Notes under the pieces: generated by a model
What the model saw: the letters and a program-made list of their open reading frames with translations, nothing else
The model's database searches: none
What the model was told of the DNA's origin: nothing
Program-made: the position numbers and the translations under genes
In this document: positions 10,645 through 22,564 of the stretch, in pieces
Position numbering within the stretch: the first letter of the stretch is position 1
Layout of the letters: each line of letters starts with the position of its first letter
Source: Mayamaea pseudoterrestris
Lineage: Eukaryota
NCBI GenBank assembly: GCA_027923505.1
Contig: BROI01000002.1
Span: 1,364,001-1,428,000 of the forward strand
Direction: 5' to 3'
Length of the DNA: 64,000 bases

Positions 10645-12274
10645 CTAGTGTAGAGACAGGCCTCCATTACTTGCCCACAGCAAGAATCCAGTCGCGACTG
10701 CCAACGCTGCATACAAGGGATCGTCGCCTGTCAATCGAACAGTCTGCTTCTTGTAGCCGCCACCCTTGCCTTGCACTAGACGATCCTCGTCGCTGTCAAT
10801 GTTCTTGTCTCCAAGTAACACGGTTTCAAGTATCCCAACTTGCTTGGCCCGAAATTCTCGCCGTCGTTGAACTTCATAATCTGTCCCAACTAGACTGCTC
10901 TGCCCGCTCACGTTGTCACACGTTTCAATCGCATAGACACATTCCTCGACACTGCCATCTCGTTCCATGACCTCGGCAAGCGCATCAAGGCAGCCTAAAT
11001 GCCTCCGCAATTGACTCATGGTGTATCCCAATGCGAAGCGTATCCTGTCTGTGACTTCTCGCTCTGACATTTCCACTTGGGCTGATGCAAACAATTGTCG
11101 CAATTGGCTCAAATCGGCAATCCCTCCTTCGGCCCGGCCAAACGCTAATATTTCCGCACAAACACCAGCAACGGAAATCACGGCGAGTTGATCAAGCGTT
11201 GCTTCGTCCAAACCACGAAATGGCCATGTTGACGATGGATCATATGCAGGCGACAATGCTTGTTTTGTAGCATTGTTGGCGTCTCGCAAGACGGACTGGT
11301 CCATGAACAAGGCGCCGCGTCCTTTGTCGCTGAAAAAGGGAACGTCGCTCGCTTGCGTGTAGATCTTATCGTCGTCATCGCTATTGATTGCCGCTGGCCG
11401 CCGTGGCTTGTCAAACCCCAGTCGCTGCGCCATGTCGGTGCCTCGATCAGTGTCGGCGAGTGGATAGAATTCAACAGCATTCTTAACAGCATTCACGGAA
11501 TACCCCTTGACTGGATAGCCAAGCAAGTGTCCCATGAGAAAGTGTCCAGCCTCGTGCTGAATCATGCGACTCCGATAGGCTGGAAATATGTTGCGTTGCA
11601 TCAAAACCAGCAAGGCTTGCAGTTCGGAAACGTTGGCAATTCCGTATCCGACAAATGCCAATGGTGCAAACGAAAACAGCCATACCACAATGAAGCGAAT
11701 AATTTCAGGCCCCGGCAAGTTTTGGTTCGCGGCAATGGCCGACAGCGAGCTTGCCACGGTGAGGCACAGCAAGGCCAAGGAGGTGCGATCGGCGTCGCGA
11801 TCGCCCGACAACTCAATCAGGTCCATAATGTCATACTTTTTGTTAATCATTCGTACTTGAATTGCCAAGTCGCCATCTGATATTCGTTTGGAGGATGCGC
11901 CTGGGAGTAAAATGGCAAGAGTGAGCATTGAAGAATATTGCGGATCGTCGTCATTTGCCTACTGCCGCACAAAACTCACCCGCCGGAATTGCAATGGATC
12001 CATACAGCGCAGACGAATCATCATTCAGCAATGCCTTGCTCAATAGTCGTTTCGCCTGCGTGGCGCTGGCGCAGTTGCCCAGTCCATGCAGCGACTCCTT
12101 GGTCAAGGCTCGTCTACTTGACAAAGTTGCCGCCGCTTGGTTCGACAAGGCCATGCGCAATGCCATTGAAGCGTCATTTCGACAAGTATCTTTCAATAAA
12201 GCGTTCTGAAAGGCTATTGCTTGTGTAACTAAAAGGAGCGAGACAAGACATCTTCGTAGCGAAGTGGCTGCCAT
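10645..12274 (-). CDS. Plastid-targeted membrane protein with HEAGH peptidase M41-like domain (VIR3-like); intron 11901..11979
   Basis: Signal peptide ending AIA-F; 'RMIQHEAGHFLMGHLLGYPV', 'AGVCAEILAFGRAEGGIADL'; in-frame GTGAGT...CAG intron. Confidence 0.8.
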
Positions 12275-12830
12275 GGTCAGAAGATGATGATCATGATCGA
12301 AATGTCGAAATCAAAAGGCGAGCGAAGTTTGGTGACTCATTTTATGACGTCATGGCTCATTTAGTACCGGTACGAGTATGAATCACGTATGAATCTTTTC
12401 TCAACGAGCTTTCCATGCGAATGTCATCGCCACGTGCCATGATTGAACTACGTGGCGCGATATGTCATGCTGGCCATAGTTATATAGGGGTCGTAGAACA
12501 TGATGGTTTTATAACGGTTGCGTTACAGCCTCGGATGTGCAACAGCCCTCCATAAGTGAGCGCGTTCGTTAGGCGTCACAAACACTTCCCAAATGTCAAG
12601 TTCCGTTGTGACTGCGGCACTTAGAAACACTGCCACGTAATCCGTGATGCGGGCACGCTTGGAGAACATCATGGCACGGTTATTGGACGAATGCGAGTAC
12701 CGCGAAAGACAAGTTGCATCTGCCTTTCGGCCGCCACCCGTTGGCCCGGAAAAGTATCACGACAGCGTCAGTCTCACAAGCGACATTAACGAGCGTGCGA
12801 AAAACAACCTTGCAGAAGAAGCAGCAAACC

Positions 12831-14415
12831 ATGACCGATCCTGTTTCCAACAGCAGCAACAGCAACGGGCAGCCGCAGCAGCAGGAGAACATTGGCATGA
12901 TTGTGGATGCTGCCACAACCTTGTCGTCCATTAATAATGAGGAACAGCAGCACACTTCGATAGTATCAAACGAGCCGCAGCAGCGGGAGAGCGAGAAAAC
13001 GTCTGCTACGTACGACTCATCGGATGGTCCGCTGGTGAGCGATCATTTCGATGGTGAAGAACATGTTGCAACGACTGCAAACGACAAGGAGTCGACGCAA
13101 ACGAAAGATACTGCGGCTGCTGCCGAATCAACGGAAGCATTGAGCGAACCGATTAGCTTGAACGATGATGCGGAGCAGCAAAAGACGCGGTTTCTTCCCG
13201 AGAATAAGAAGCCGGATGCAGCTCCAACGTTTCCTGAAAAGGTGAGCAAACGATGATTGTATTTTATATTCATGCATGCCAAGGCTTGTCTAATGATGTA
13301 AATTTGCCGCTTCTCATTAATGTAATCAGCTCATGAAGATGATGAAGTGGGCCTCGGCGGAAGGCCTTACATCAGTTGAATGGGTCGACGATGGAAAAGC
13401 CTTTGTCATTAACCAACCCGACAGCTTTACGAAGGAAGTGGTTCCTCGTTTCTTCAAGGCTACCAAGTTTTCCTCATTTACGCGCAAGCTCTACCGTTGG
13501 GGCTTTCGCCAAGTGAACCGCGGTATTGGCCCCGACGATCCCATTATCTTTGGTAACGACTCGTTCCAACGCGACCACGAGGAACTCATTTGCAAAATGA
13601 AGTCTGTCACAGCCGCGAGCGCGCGCAAGCAAGACGTCAAGCCCATGCTGCCAGTGTACATGGAGCAGCAGCAACAGCAATTTGCTGGCGTCAAGCATGA
13701 GTTAATGGATATTGGTGGTGGCGGGATGGCAATGGACGATCAAACGGCCAAGCGCATGATGCTCAGCCAACTTTACCAGCAAAAGGCTGGAATGTTGGCG
13801 CAGCAACATTCCAATCCAAGCATGTACGGTTTGATGAATGCGCATGGGCAGCTTTCGCTCACGAATGCCCTGAGGCCGGCGAACATTGGCGGCTATAGCA
13901 ACCAGCAGCAACAACAACAACAACAGCCGCAAGGCTTGATGCATATGCAGCAACCAATGAACCACAATCAGCAACAACAACATATCATGTCCATGCACGC
14001 ATCTACCGCTGACAATGTACATCAGCAACTGTTGCAGCTGCATCACATGCAAATGCTTGGCCAAGATTCCGGAATGCAGCAGCAACTTGGCGACGCCAAT
14101 GACTTGGAGCAGCACTTTCAGCAGCAGCAACAAACGTATCAATTGGCCCTACAGCAAATGCAGCAGCAACAACAACAACCAAACATGTCCATGCAGGCGC
14201 CATACCCGCAGCTTGCCATGTCATCCTTTCAGCCTGCCATGAATGACGGAGGAAACAACAGTAACATGCAACAGCAGCAGCAATGTAACAACATGGGAAA
14301 CAATGGTGGCGGCAACATTCTCTACGACTACATTCCTCAAAATGCATACGGCAACCCGGGGTCAACGGTGGAGATTGTGAACGCTGCCATTTCGGCGCTG
14401 CGGTACGCGAATTGA
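12831..14415 (+). CDS. Heat-shock-factor (HSF) family transcription factor with Q-rich C-terminus; intron 13242..13329
   Basis: 'FPEK|LMKMM..W..DGKAF..F..EVVPRFFKATKFSSFTRKLYRWGFR' HSF DNA-binding domain. Confidence 0.92.
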
Positions 14416-14762
14416 CGACGGTGGATGTTAATCGGGGTTGCTCGAGCAAACATACATGTAGTTTTGAGGATTTAGTGAATACGTTAAACGATTTTGGTAT
14501 GTAATGCTTGCTTCAGTTTGGCTCTGTCACATAAGCTACCGGTAGCTTGGAGACGAGTTGTTACCCGTAGGCCATGAGGTCAACGTCAAGGCCGCCTTGC
14601 CTCCCGCCCAACCCAGCGTCTTGACTTCTCAGCCGACACGCCGTATGGCAATATCATTATGACGGAGGTCAATATGTAACTTATGCTAGCGACGGAGAAA
14701 GTATAGCGGGCGATTGCGGAAGGTAATCGTGGTGGGCGGCAAGTGCGAAGCGCGGGCGAACA

Positions 14763-17210
14763 GTGAGTCGAATCGTGGATGGGAAAGGTTTAGAAGACCC
14801 GGAGATTAGTGTCGCAGCACGACTCATAAAGACATCGAAGCCGCGCATGCTTTCAAAATCGTCTGCCGCAAATATACGAACGACACATTGCCTGGAACTG
14901 GATTGCATACAAGGAGCTGCTGCAAGCATGGACTGTCCAAGTAAGGGAGAAGGAGACGAGCTTTTATCGGAAACGACGCACTTACCAGCGAAACGCTTTC
15001 GCGACGGTGCGGCTGTTGCCCTCGCAGCAAAATCCGAAACGATCCAAGAAACCACCATAAATAATGAATTTGTGGCGCAGCAGGATGACATAATCTCCCA
15101 TGGGGAGATGTCAAAGAAATCAGACAGCTCTGCAAAGGATGCTGCTGAGTCATTGCAACGAGAGAAAGAGGAAGAAGCGCCCGACTATTCTCCCATTGTT
15201 CCAAAGAAAGTCTCATCTTCACATAAATTGTCTTGGCGCTTAAATAGCGACAAGACTGCTTTCATTGGAACGCACATTTAGGAAGAAGCTCGCACTCGAG
15301 TGGCAGCCTTTGATTTGGAGGAAACTCTCGTCAATTGGTCGTCGTCCATTCGCTTTCCGAGCGAGCTGTCGCACTATGAGCTTTGGAATGTCAACGTCAT
15401 TGACAAGCTGCGCAGCTTGCATGACGAGGGAAATAAGTTACTTATTGTTTCCAACCAAGGCGGCATTAAAAAATCGTTTGATGGAAAGATTGCGAACAAA
15501 ATCAAACACGTGATTGAATGGATGTCGTATGCTGTTGATCGACCCATTCATTTTGTCGCGTCGACGAACGCCAAGTCGGGTCTTCACAAGCCAGCGTCTG
15601 GCTTATGGAAGATTGCGGAGCAGCTCTGCAACAAGGAGGTTTCCTTTGACCTTGAAAATTCAATCTTTATCGGAGACAGCATTGACATTCCAAACGACTC
15701 GAAGAGTGGCGTGGACTCTGGCTTTGCGCGCGCCGTTGGAGTCAAGTTTTTGACACCGGAGGAAATGTTTGGGCCGAGCTCGCTGCGAATGCGAGCACAA
15801 TCGTCACACGTCGAGTATGAGGTTCCGCCAAAGCAGGCGTTGGAAACTTGCGCCGCCTTTCATGGTGGCTACCTTGATGATGATCCTATTTTACTCATTC
15901 TGTGCGGCGTGCAGGGATCTGGCAAGAGTTTCTTTTGCAGCAAGCTCACGACGTGTAACGATTCACAGCAACCACCGTCGCGTGAATGGATACATTTATC
16001 ACAAGATACGATTTGCGACGGCAGACCAGGACGACGTCAGATGGTGGAGGCTGCTGCATTGTCGGCCCTTCGTGAAGGAAAGTCAGTCATTATTGATCGC
16101 ATGCATTTGACTCCCGACCAGCGCAAGTATTTTGTCGACGTTGGTATGGCAGCTGGTGCTTCTATTCATGCTGTTGTATTAAATCCACCCATGGACGTTG
16201 TTGCAGCTCGCATTCGTTCGCGTACCGACCATCCTTCCGGCTTTCAAGGAGAAGGCTTTGTTAAGTGGGGGCTCAAAAACATTGATCAACTTACAATTCC
16301 GACCTACGCGGAAGGGTTTTCGCTTATACAAGTGACTCGAAATGACCATGGCGTTGCGCGCATTGCAGAAAAGTATCGCGCGCTTGATGCAATGGATGAC
16401 TCTATAGCAATCCCCAAATTCTTTGCTCTCGGTGCGGACGTAACATTGCCGTCCATCGCCTTGGGGACTTTTCGAATGGGGAAAAGAACTGCAAGCGATA
16501 TTGTTTCGAAAGCGATCCAGTTGGGAATTAGAGCCGTGGACACGGCACCCACATACGATAATGAGGAACAAGTTGGAACCGGTTTAATGACGAACGACAA
16601 CACCTTTTGCATTGTGAAAGTACCAAAGCGCGCCGATACGGCGGACAAAGTGCGTGTCGAGTTGACAAAGAGCTTGAAGGCTCTGCAGCGCCAGCGTGCA
16701 GATCTTCTCCTGCTGCATTGGCCCTCTGACGTCGATACAATGCAGGCTGTCTGGCAGGAAATGGAAGCTTGTCACGAAGAAGGCTTGACTCGTGCAATTG
16801 GCGTTTGTAACTTTGGCATCCAATCTTTGCTGCAGCTACTTCACTTCTGTAAGACGCCGCCGGTAGTCAACCAGGTGGAGCGCCATGTGCTGTTGCCGCA
16901 GTGGGATTTGGTCGAGTTTTGCAATCGACAAGACATTTTACTCCAGGCGCATACTCCCTTGGGTCAAGGAACTGACACTGTACTTGCGCATCCCATCGTA
17001 ACCCAAGTCGCAGCAACGAGCAAACTCTCTCCAGCTGCTGTTCTTTTAAAATGGAATCTGCAACAAGGCGTTCCAGTGGTACCGAAAGGTAGCACCAATG
17101 CTCATCTGACGGACATTCCCTCCACTCTTGAACCCCCAGCGCTTTCTTATCAAGCGCTGAAAGCATTGAACGCCATTTCCGACTCGAGGCGCTTCATCCC
17201 TATCTTTTGA
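14763..17210 (+). CDS. Fusion of PNK 3'-phosphatase (HAD), P-loop kinase (AAA_33) and aldo-keto reductase; in-frame TAG at 15279-15281; true start uncertain
   Basis: AAFDLEETL..IVSNQGG..HKP..FIGDS (PNK3P-type); GVQGSGKS..SQD..IIDR (kinase); DTAPTYDNE..LLHWP..AIGVCNF..VNQVE (AKR). Confidence 0.8.
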
Positions 17211-17414
17211 TAATACAATATGCACGTTTTAAAATAAAGCATGGCGAGCGTTGAAATCGACGCCACGCTTCATATGTTTCAAAGGCGATTAGCAAACACT
17301 ACATCAGTTCAACAACAGCATGCTCGATATGGTTCAGCAATATTGTATATAAGAATTTTATAATTGTTACTATCGTTTTCATGTGTCCAATCAATTACTA
17401 CGAGTAAAGTCGCG

Positions 17415-18389
17415 TTAATTGTCCAGCTCAAGGGCAGAGAAGCGGCATGTGCCAGCGTGTACGTGCACATAGGGAATCATTTCGTATTCGTCAGGGACGC
17501 TCCATCCAAGATGGCAGACATCTTCAATCACTGTCGCCACACCATAACCGAGAGCTTTGTTAGCCACTGCAACTAAACTTCCATCAAGGAACCACTCGAG
17601 TTCACACGATTGTTCGTTCTTGCCGCAACGAAGAACAGAACCATTGGCTACCTCGCCTGTGACCGGGTGAGAGCGAAGCTTTCCTTCCCGATCATAGTAG
17701 ACAAGAAATGTATTTGTACTGGACGAATACAAATAAACGCGGCTAGTATGCGCGCAGAAGATATTTTCGTCGATTGTATACACTGGATCTTTCCGAATCC
17801 ACCCAACCATGCACTGGCAGGTAGTAGTTGGTGTGCTGTCTAGCACCACTTCAAATGCTTGTACTCGTCGCGAATGGTAATCTTTTCCGTTATGAGACGG
17901 ACGATCAAGAGAAACACCTGTATTGTCAGTCAGCGGGCAGCCAAATATGTCACGCTCTCGGGAAAGAATAGTCTTGCGGTTCCAATCCAGCGACTTTGTC
18001 GGATATTGATAAATCTCATAGTTGTAGAGAACATTGGTGAGGCCATAGGCATCTACCATTCGACGAAAGGAGTGCTCGTCCTTGGGCGAGTCAAACTTTG
18101 GAGTCATGGGCGGAACTTGACTGTATTCCGGCGGCACCATTGCACTCAAATCGCGAAGAAAATCATGCAGCGGAACGAAAAGATGAGGCCAATGATCGAT
18201 AAAGAAATGGCCGTGCTCGTTTCGAGGCAAAGAGTCGTCCCAGCGTCCGCTGAACATTTCCGCTAGCTTGGATCCTTTCGTGTACGTGAGCGTGCTACGG
18301 AGAGTCTTGATCGTTTTCTCACCGCCAATATCAAGCGTCAAAACGTCGCTCCCAAGCGCTTTCTTGTCAAACGGAATAATTCCTTCCAT
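17415..18389 (-). CDS. BTB/POZ (KCTD-like tetramerisation) domain protein
   Basis: 'VLTLDIGGEKTIKTLRSTLTYTKGSKLAEMFSGRWD..FFID..PHLF'. Confidence 0.85.
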   Translation of the reverse strand: MEGIIPFDKKALGSDVLTLDIGGEKTIKTLRSTLTYTKGSKLAEMFSGRWDDSLPRNEHGHFFIDHWPHLFVPLHDFLRDLSAMVPPEYSQVPPMTPKFDSPKDEHSFRRMVDAYGLTNVLYNYEIYQYPTKSLDWNRKTILSRERDIFGCPLTDNTGVSLDRPSHNGKDYHSRRVQAFEVVLDSTPTTTCQCMVGWIRKDPVYTIDENIFCAHTSRVYLYSSSTNTFLVYYDREGKLRSHPVTGEVANGSVLRCGKNEQSCELEWFLDGSLVAVANKALGYGVATVIEDVCHLGWSVPDEYEMIPYVHVHAGTCRFSALELDN

Positions 18390-18552
18390 CTTGCTCAATT
18401 ACAAGTACAACTGCTTCGTTCTTCTGACGGCAAAGGAGCTTGATCCGGCAACGTGGAGAAATAAATGCGAATGATCGAGGTGCGCGCGCAAAGATTTTCC
18501 GTTGCAATCCATTTTGTCGGACCGGTACTGATCGAGTTTTCATGAGCGCGAA

Positions 18553-20472
18553 ATGGCCTCACGGAAAGGGTTCACGCGCTTGCGTCGCGGCCGCGGAGGT
18601 GCAAAGTGCAACAAAGGAATTCGACCTGCAGCCGAAGCATTTGCAACAGCGTTTGATACAGATACTATCATGCCTCATGAAGCTTCTACCATGACAATGA
18701 GTCTTGGTTCGCCGCATGAGTCGTCCCCTTGTCCAGAGTACCATTTTCAAGCTGCATTGGCTGATCCTCCTGCGACCCCTCGTTTGAGCAACATGTCAAG
18801 CTGCAGCAAGGATCAAGGCTTTGATTCAATCGAAAGAGAGGAGTCCATCACGGAGGACCTTTCAGCAAGCTCTGCCTCAAGCACGGTCCCTGTAGATGAA
18901 GGCGAATTGTACGGCTTGCGACTAGCAAACTTGCAGGAGGAGGAGGAAGACGAGCTCGGCCACGATGAAACATCCACCTTGGACAACACAGTCGATGAGG
19001 AGGACGCCAAGCAGATTCAAACCTTTGACGTAGAGCTTGCGCAAGCAAACGGAGTCAAGGGGACTGCCGAAGCAGTATTGAACGCTGAGGAAGGAAGCAT
19101 TCTGGAGGATGAATTTACGCAAGTTGTCTCGTTTGATTTGGACGACTTTCCGGGCGGCGGAGGCGAGCTGGAAAGGAGCTTTGCCTCTTTGCCGGCGCAT
19201 GACAAGGAGACCAAGCAAGCTCCAAGCGATACAGGCGCATCTCTGGATGCGCTAGCGCAGGATTTTGCAGATGGCATGCCTCCTGCGGCGGACGAAAACA
19301 AGAAACCGCAACTTGACAACGAATCCAAGCAGCATCAGCTGCAAATGGAGACTCGTGACTCGACTAATGCGCAAGCTCTCGTTGAGAAAGGAAAGCGTAC
19401 CCTTTCCGCCAATATAGACCACGAAGTTATTGAGAAGGAATTAGAAGTAGACAGTCTTCATCGATCGCTGCCGTCACTTTCGTTCGACTCAAGTGAACGA
19501 TCCGTTACTGTTACACCAATTGCGACCAACCGAAAGACTATAAGCGCAACTGGCCTTCTCGCCAAATCATCTGGACAAACATTGCTTGATGACAGTCTGC
19601 TTGGTGAACGAGGAGCAGCCGAATACTGGCGCGACTTGGACAGCAAATGCGAGTCGGCGCCGCCACTACCAATCCGAGACTATGGATCGTCTCCCTCGCG
19701 CCGAGCCGCCGATCGAAAGCACTTGTTTGCGAAGCAAACTCGATATGCGACTGTCACAAACATTCCTTCCGATGTTGTACGCTTGACACATGATCAAAAG
19801 GAAGCTGTGAATGCCGAGCTGACTGCGTTGAAGCGTCGCGAAAGCAGCAGCAAACTTGTCGCACTGCAGCTCGACGAAGATTCAAGTCGATCCGAAGCAG
19901 CTCCTTGTCTCTTGACGCCTCAGGAATTGCAGAACAACAAGGTGAACGGAAAGGCTCGGGCAATGGGAAAGGAGACTCGATATGCGACCGTGTCTAGCGT
20001 TCCATCAGATGATATAGTTCGTGTCACTCGGCATGAGTATTCAACGAATGCAAGCGTAAATGGTTATATGAATGATTCCAGCGGCATTGCTGGTAGCAAG
20101 GTGTCGTGCGATGAAAACATTCGCCTTTCTGGTGCGAACCACCCTGCCAGTGATCCAGTCCAGGCTCCGGCATCATCTCCTTGGGGCTTTGTGACAAAGG
20201 CGCTGGCATCAATCACGTCTAGTCGCGACGCTCCTGGTGACGCAAGCAACGATGCCATTCCATCGTCGCCAAACACGGAAAGCAAGCGTGCCAACGATGC
20301 AGCAACGTCGGACGACAGCTCCAAGCGTAGCAACTATGCATTGTATGCTCGCTGGAGCCGTTCCAAGGGAATGCTTACTGGGACAGCCATTGTGGCAGGT
20401 GGCGCAATCTGTTCCGTTCTTCTCGTTGCAACGATGCAACGACGATCCATTGCTGCGCCTATGCGTTCGTAA
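18553..20472 (+). CDS. Uncharacterised acidic low-complexity protein with C-terminal tail anchor
   Basis: 639-aa ORF; hydrophobic 'AIVAGGAICSVLLVATM' followed by a basic tail. Confidence 0.65.
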   Translation: MASRKGFTRLRRGRGGAKCNKGIRPAAEAFATAFDTDTIMPHEASTMTMSLGSPHESSPCPEYHFQAALADPPATPRLSNMSSCSKDQGFDSIEREESITEDLSASSASSTVPVDEGELYGLRLANLQEEEEDELGHDETSTLDNTVDEEDAKQIQTFDVELAQANGVKGTAEAVLNAEEGSILEDEFTQVVSFDLDDFPGGGGELERSFASLPAHDKETKQAPSDTGASLDALAQDFADGMPPAADENKKPQLDNESKQHQLQMETRDSTNAQALVEKGKRTLSANIDHEVIEKELEVDSLHRSLPSLSFDSSERSVTVTPIATNRKTISATGLLAKSSGQTLLDDSLLGERGAAEYWRDLDSKCESAPPLPIRDYGSSPSRRAADRKHLFAKQTRYATVTNIPSDVVRLTHDQKEAVNAELTALKRRESSSKLVALQLDEDSSRSEAAPCLLTPQELQNNKVNGKARAMGKETRYATVSSVPSDDIVRVTRHEYSTNASVNGYMNDSSGIAGSKVSCDENIRLSGANHPASDPVQAPASSPWGFVTKALASITSSRDAPGDASNDAIPSSPNTESKRANDAATSDDSSKRSNYALYARWSRSKGMLTGTAIVAGGAICSVLLVATMQRRSIAAPMRS

Positions 20473-20582
20473 AGTTTTGCGAGCTTCTGCTCTATGTGTC
20501 CAGCGTCAGCCATTCAACTACAAATAACCTTGTGACATGTATAATTTAATTCCTTACATATATTTTAAATCCGCACAACTTT

Positions 20583-21266
20583 TTAGTGTTTCAACTGCGC
20601 CTCTTCCATAAAGTGCAGTGTCAAGGTAAACTTCTTCTGCTCATCGTCCCAGTACGTTACAAACTTTTCTACATCTTTGTCAATGGGAGCGTTAGGGATC
20701 TTGAACGCCACCGTTTCGTAAGGATCTGCCGCAAACAGCAAGTACTGATAATCCTTGTTCGCCATTTCAACCTTTTGTTCAAATGCCGACATGAATCGAT
20801 GCCGAGGCTGCAAATCAGAGGCAATATCCGGATAGCTCAGTTCAAACGACAAGCACCGCTGGTTCGTTTCAGGATGCCGCGACTTGTATACTTGATAAGC
20901 AGGTCGGCCAATCTTGATGCGCTTTGGTTTATGTTGATCAACGGCGCTTTGCGCATCCATGGCTACGACTCCATTCTCTCGTTCCGCCTTGAGCTTGTCC
21001 AAATGCGCCCGCCGCGCCAAACCTTGCTGATGCTTTTTTCCTTGCGTATGCGCCAAGTAATTGGATTCATCCCGATGCAGCGTCAAGCATAATCGACACT
21101 CGTAGCTTCCCAAGTGGTTTCGCACCAAGTATGGATCCTTGGCCAAGTCGATGGATTCCAAGGCTAGCTTTTTGAGCCGCTCCTTGCGCTCGCGCTCGGC
21201 GTTTTGCGAGGAGCTCACGCCGCCGCCACCAAACTTGGAGCCGACGCGGTTCTGACGATCTGTCAT
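20583..21266 (-). CDS. SF3A2: Splicing factor 3A subunit 2 (Prp11/SAP62)
   Basis: 'DLAKDPYLVRNHLGSYECRLCLTLH..YLAHTQGKKHQ', 'PRHRFMSAFEQKVE..YQYLLFAADPYETVAFKIP'. Confidence 0.96.
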   Translation of the reverse strand: MTDRQNRVGSKFGGGGVSSSQNAERERKERLKKLALESIDLAKDPYLVRNHLGSYECRLCLTLHRDESNYLAHTQGKKHQQGLARRAHLDKLKAERENGVVAMDAQSAVDQHKPKRIKIGRPAYQVYKSRHPETNQRCLSFELSYPDIASDLQPRHRFMSAFEQKVEMANKDYQYLLFAADPYETVAFKIPNAPIDKDVEKFVTYWDDEQKKFTLTLHFMEEAQLKH

Positions 21267-21531
21267 TGTTTATTGCAATGAGTCTAAATCTATACGATAA
21301 GGAGACAAGTACTGTACGTTTGCAAGTGACGATAAACGCATGTGTCGCGAGAATCGTCGTCGAAATGGATGTCGTACCGGTTATATCATGGGTCATGAGC
21401 TGGCGGCACCTGCCAATCGTTGCGACGGTTTCGAAGACGAGCTGCATATTCTTTGAAAGGAAAGAGGTTCTGGCATCGCAACGTCAATTTTAAAGCACAA
21501 GCAAATAGCACTACACATTTACACAACAACC

Positions 21532-22371
21532 ATGTCTACGAACGACAGCACTAACAAAAAGGACTACTCCAGTCTCCCCCTCGTCCCCGAGCACGTCCTC
21601 AAGCGCAAGCACGACTTGGACGACTTGGCTCGCAAGCGCGCGGCCCAACCAAAGCTCAAGCGCGAGAAGCGAGTCATTGGCGACAAGCGCGCCATTTACA
21701 TTCGCAAGCCGGAAAGCATTTTGACGCAAGCCAAGAACAAGAAGCACCATGCGGCGCGGTTTCGTCGCGTCAAAAGTAAGGGAATGCAAAAGCGAGCGTC
21801 CAACAAGCAAGAGTTTGAGACGAAGCAAGTGCAAGTGGATGGTGAAGCCAAGACTGTCACCTTTCAGAAGAACTCGGTGGGTGCCAAACTAGTCTTTTGC
21901 ATTCGCATTCGTAGCCCAACGTCCATGCCGGAGGAAGTGAAAAAGGTCTTGTCGAAGCTTCGTCTGCGAGCCATTCACCAAGGAGTCTTTTTGCGTTACG
22001 ACGATGGCACGAGGAAAATGCTGCACTTGGTGGAACCCTGGGTGGTGTATGGACCGGCTCCAGCGGCTGTCATTACCGACTTGATCGAGCGCCGCGGTCA
22101 TGGACGCATCAACAAGGAGCGCGTGCCATTGTCGGACAATATTCTCATTGAGGAAGCACTTGGCAAGTACAATATTGTTTGTAAGGAAGACTTGATTCAT
22201 GAGATTGTCAATGTTGGTAAACACTTTCACCAAGCGAGTCAGTTTCTATGGCCATTTTCCTTGTCGGACTCAAAGACACGGTTTGAGCGAGGGACGCTCA
22301 AGCTAACGGACGGCAAGGATTACGGAGATCGAGGCGAGGCCATTGTCGAGTACATTAGCGATGTATTGTAA
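21532..22371 (+). CDS. uL30/RPL7-family protein, probably the ribosome-biogenesis paralogue (Rlp7/RPL7L1-like)
   Basis: 'VPEHVLKRK', 'LVFCIRIR', 'LRLRAIHQGVF', 'LVEPWVVYG', 'PLSDNILIEEALGKYNIVCKEDLIHEI', 'FLWPFSL'. Confidence 0.88.
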   Translation: MSTNDSTNKKDYSSLPLVPEHVLKRKHDLDDLARKRAAQPKLKREKRVIGDKRAIYIRKPESILTQAKNKKHHAARFRRVKSKGMQKRASNKQEFETKQVQVDGEAKTVTFQKNSVGAKLVFCIRIRSPTSMPEEVKKVLSKLRLRAIHQGVFLRYDDGTRKMLHLVEPWVVYGPAPAAVITDLIERRGHGRINKERVPLSDNILIEEALGKYNIVCKEDLIHEIVNVGKHFHQASQFLWPFSLSDSKTRFERGTLKLTDGKDYGDRGEAIVEYISDVL

Positions 22372-22564
22372 GCTTTATCTTTATTTCATTTCTATTACTG
22401 GTGTTATTTTGCTTGGTAGGTTTCGATGTTGCCACAACAAAGTACAAGTAGTAGTAGTGCTGGTGCGTGTACAAAAATGGGTCGTAGCGGTACTCATGTT
22501 CTACCGCGACCGCAACGCGTGACGCCTTGTCGACCATGGCCTTCACCGCACCTTTCGAATCGGC

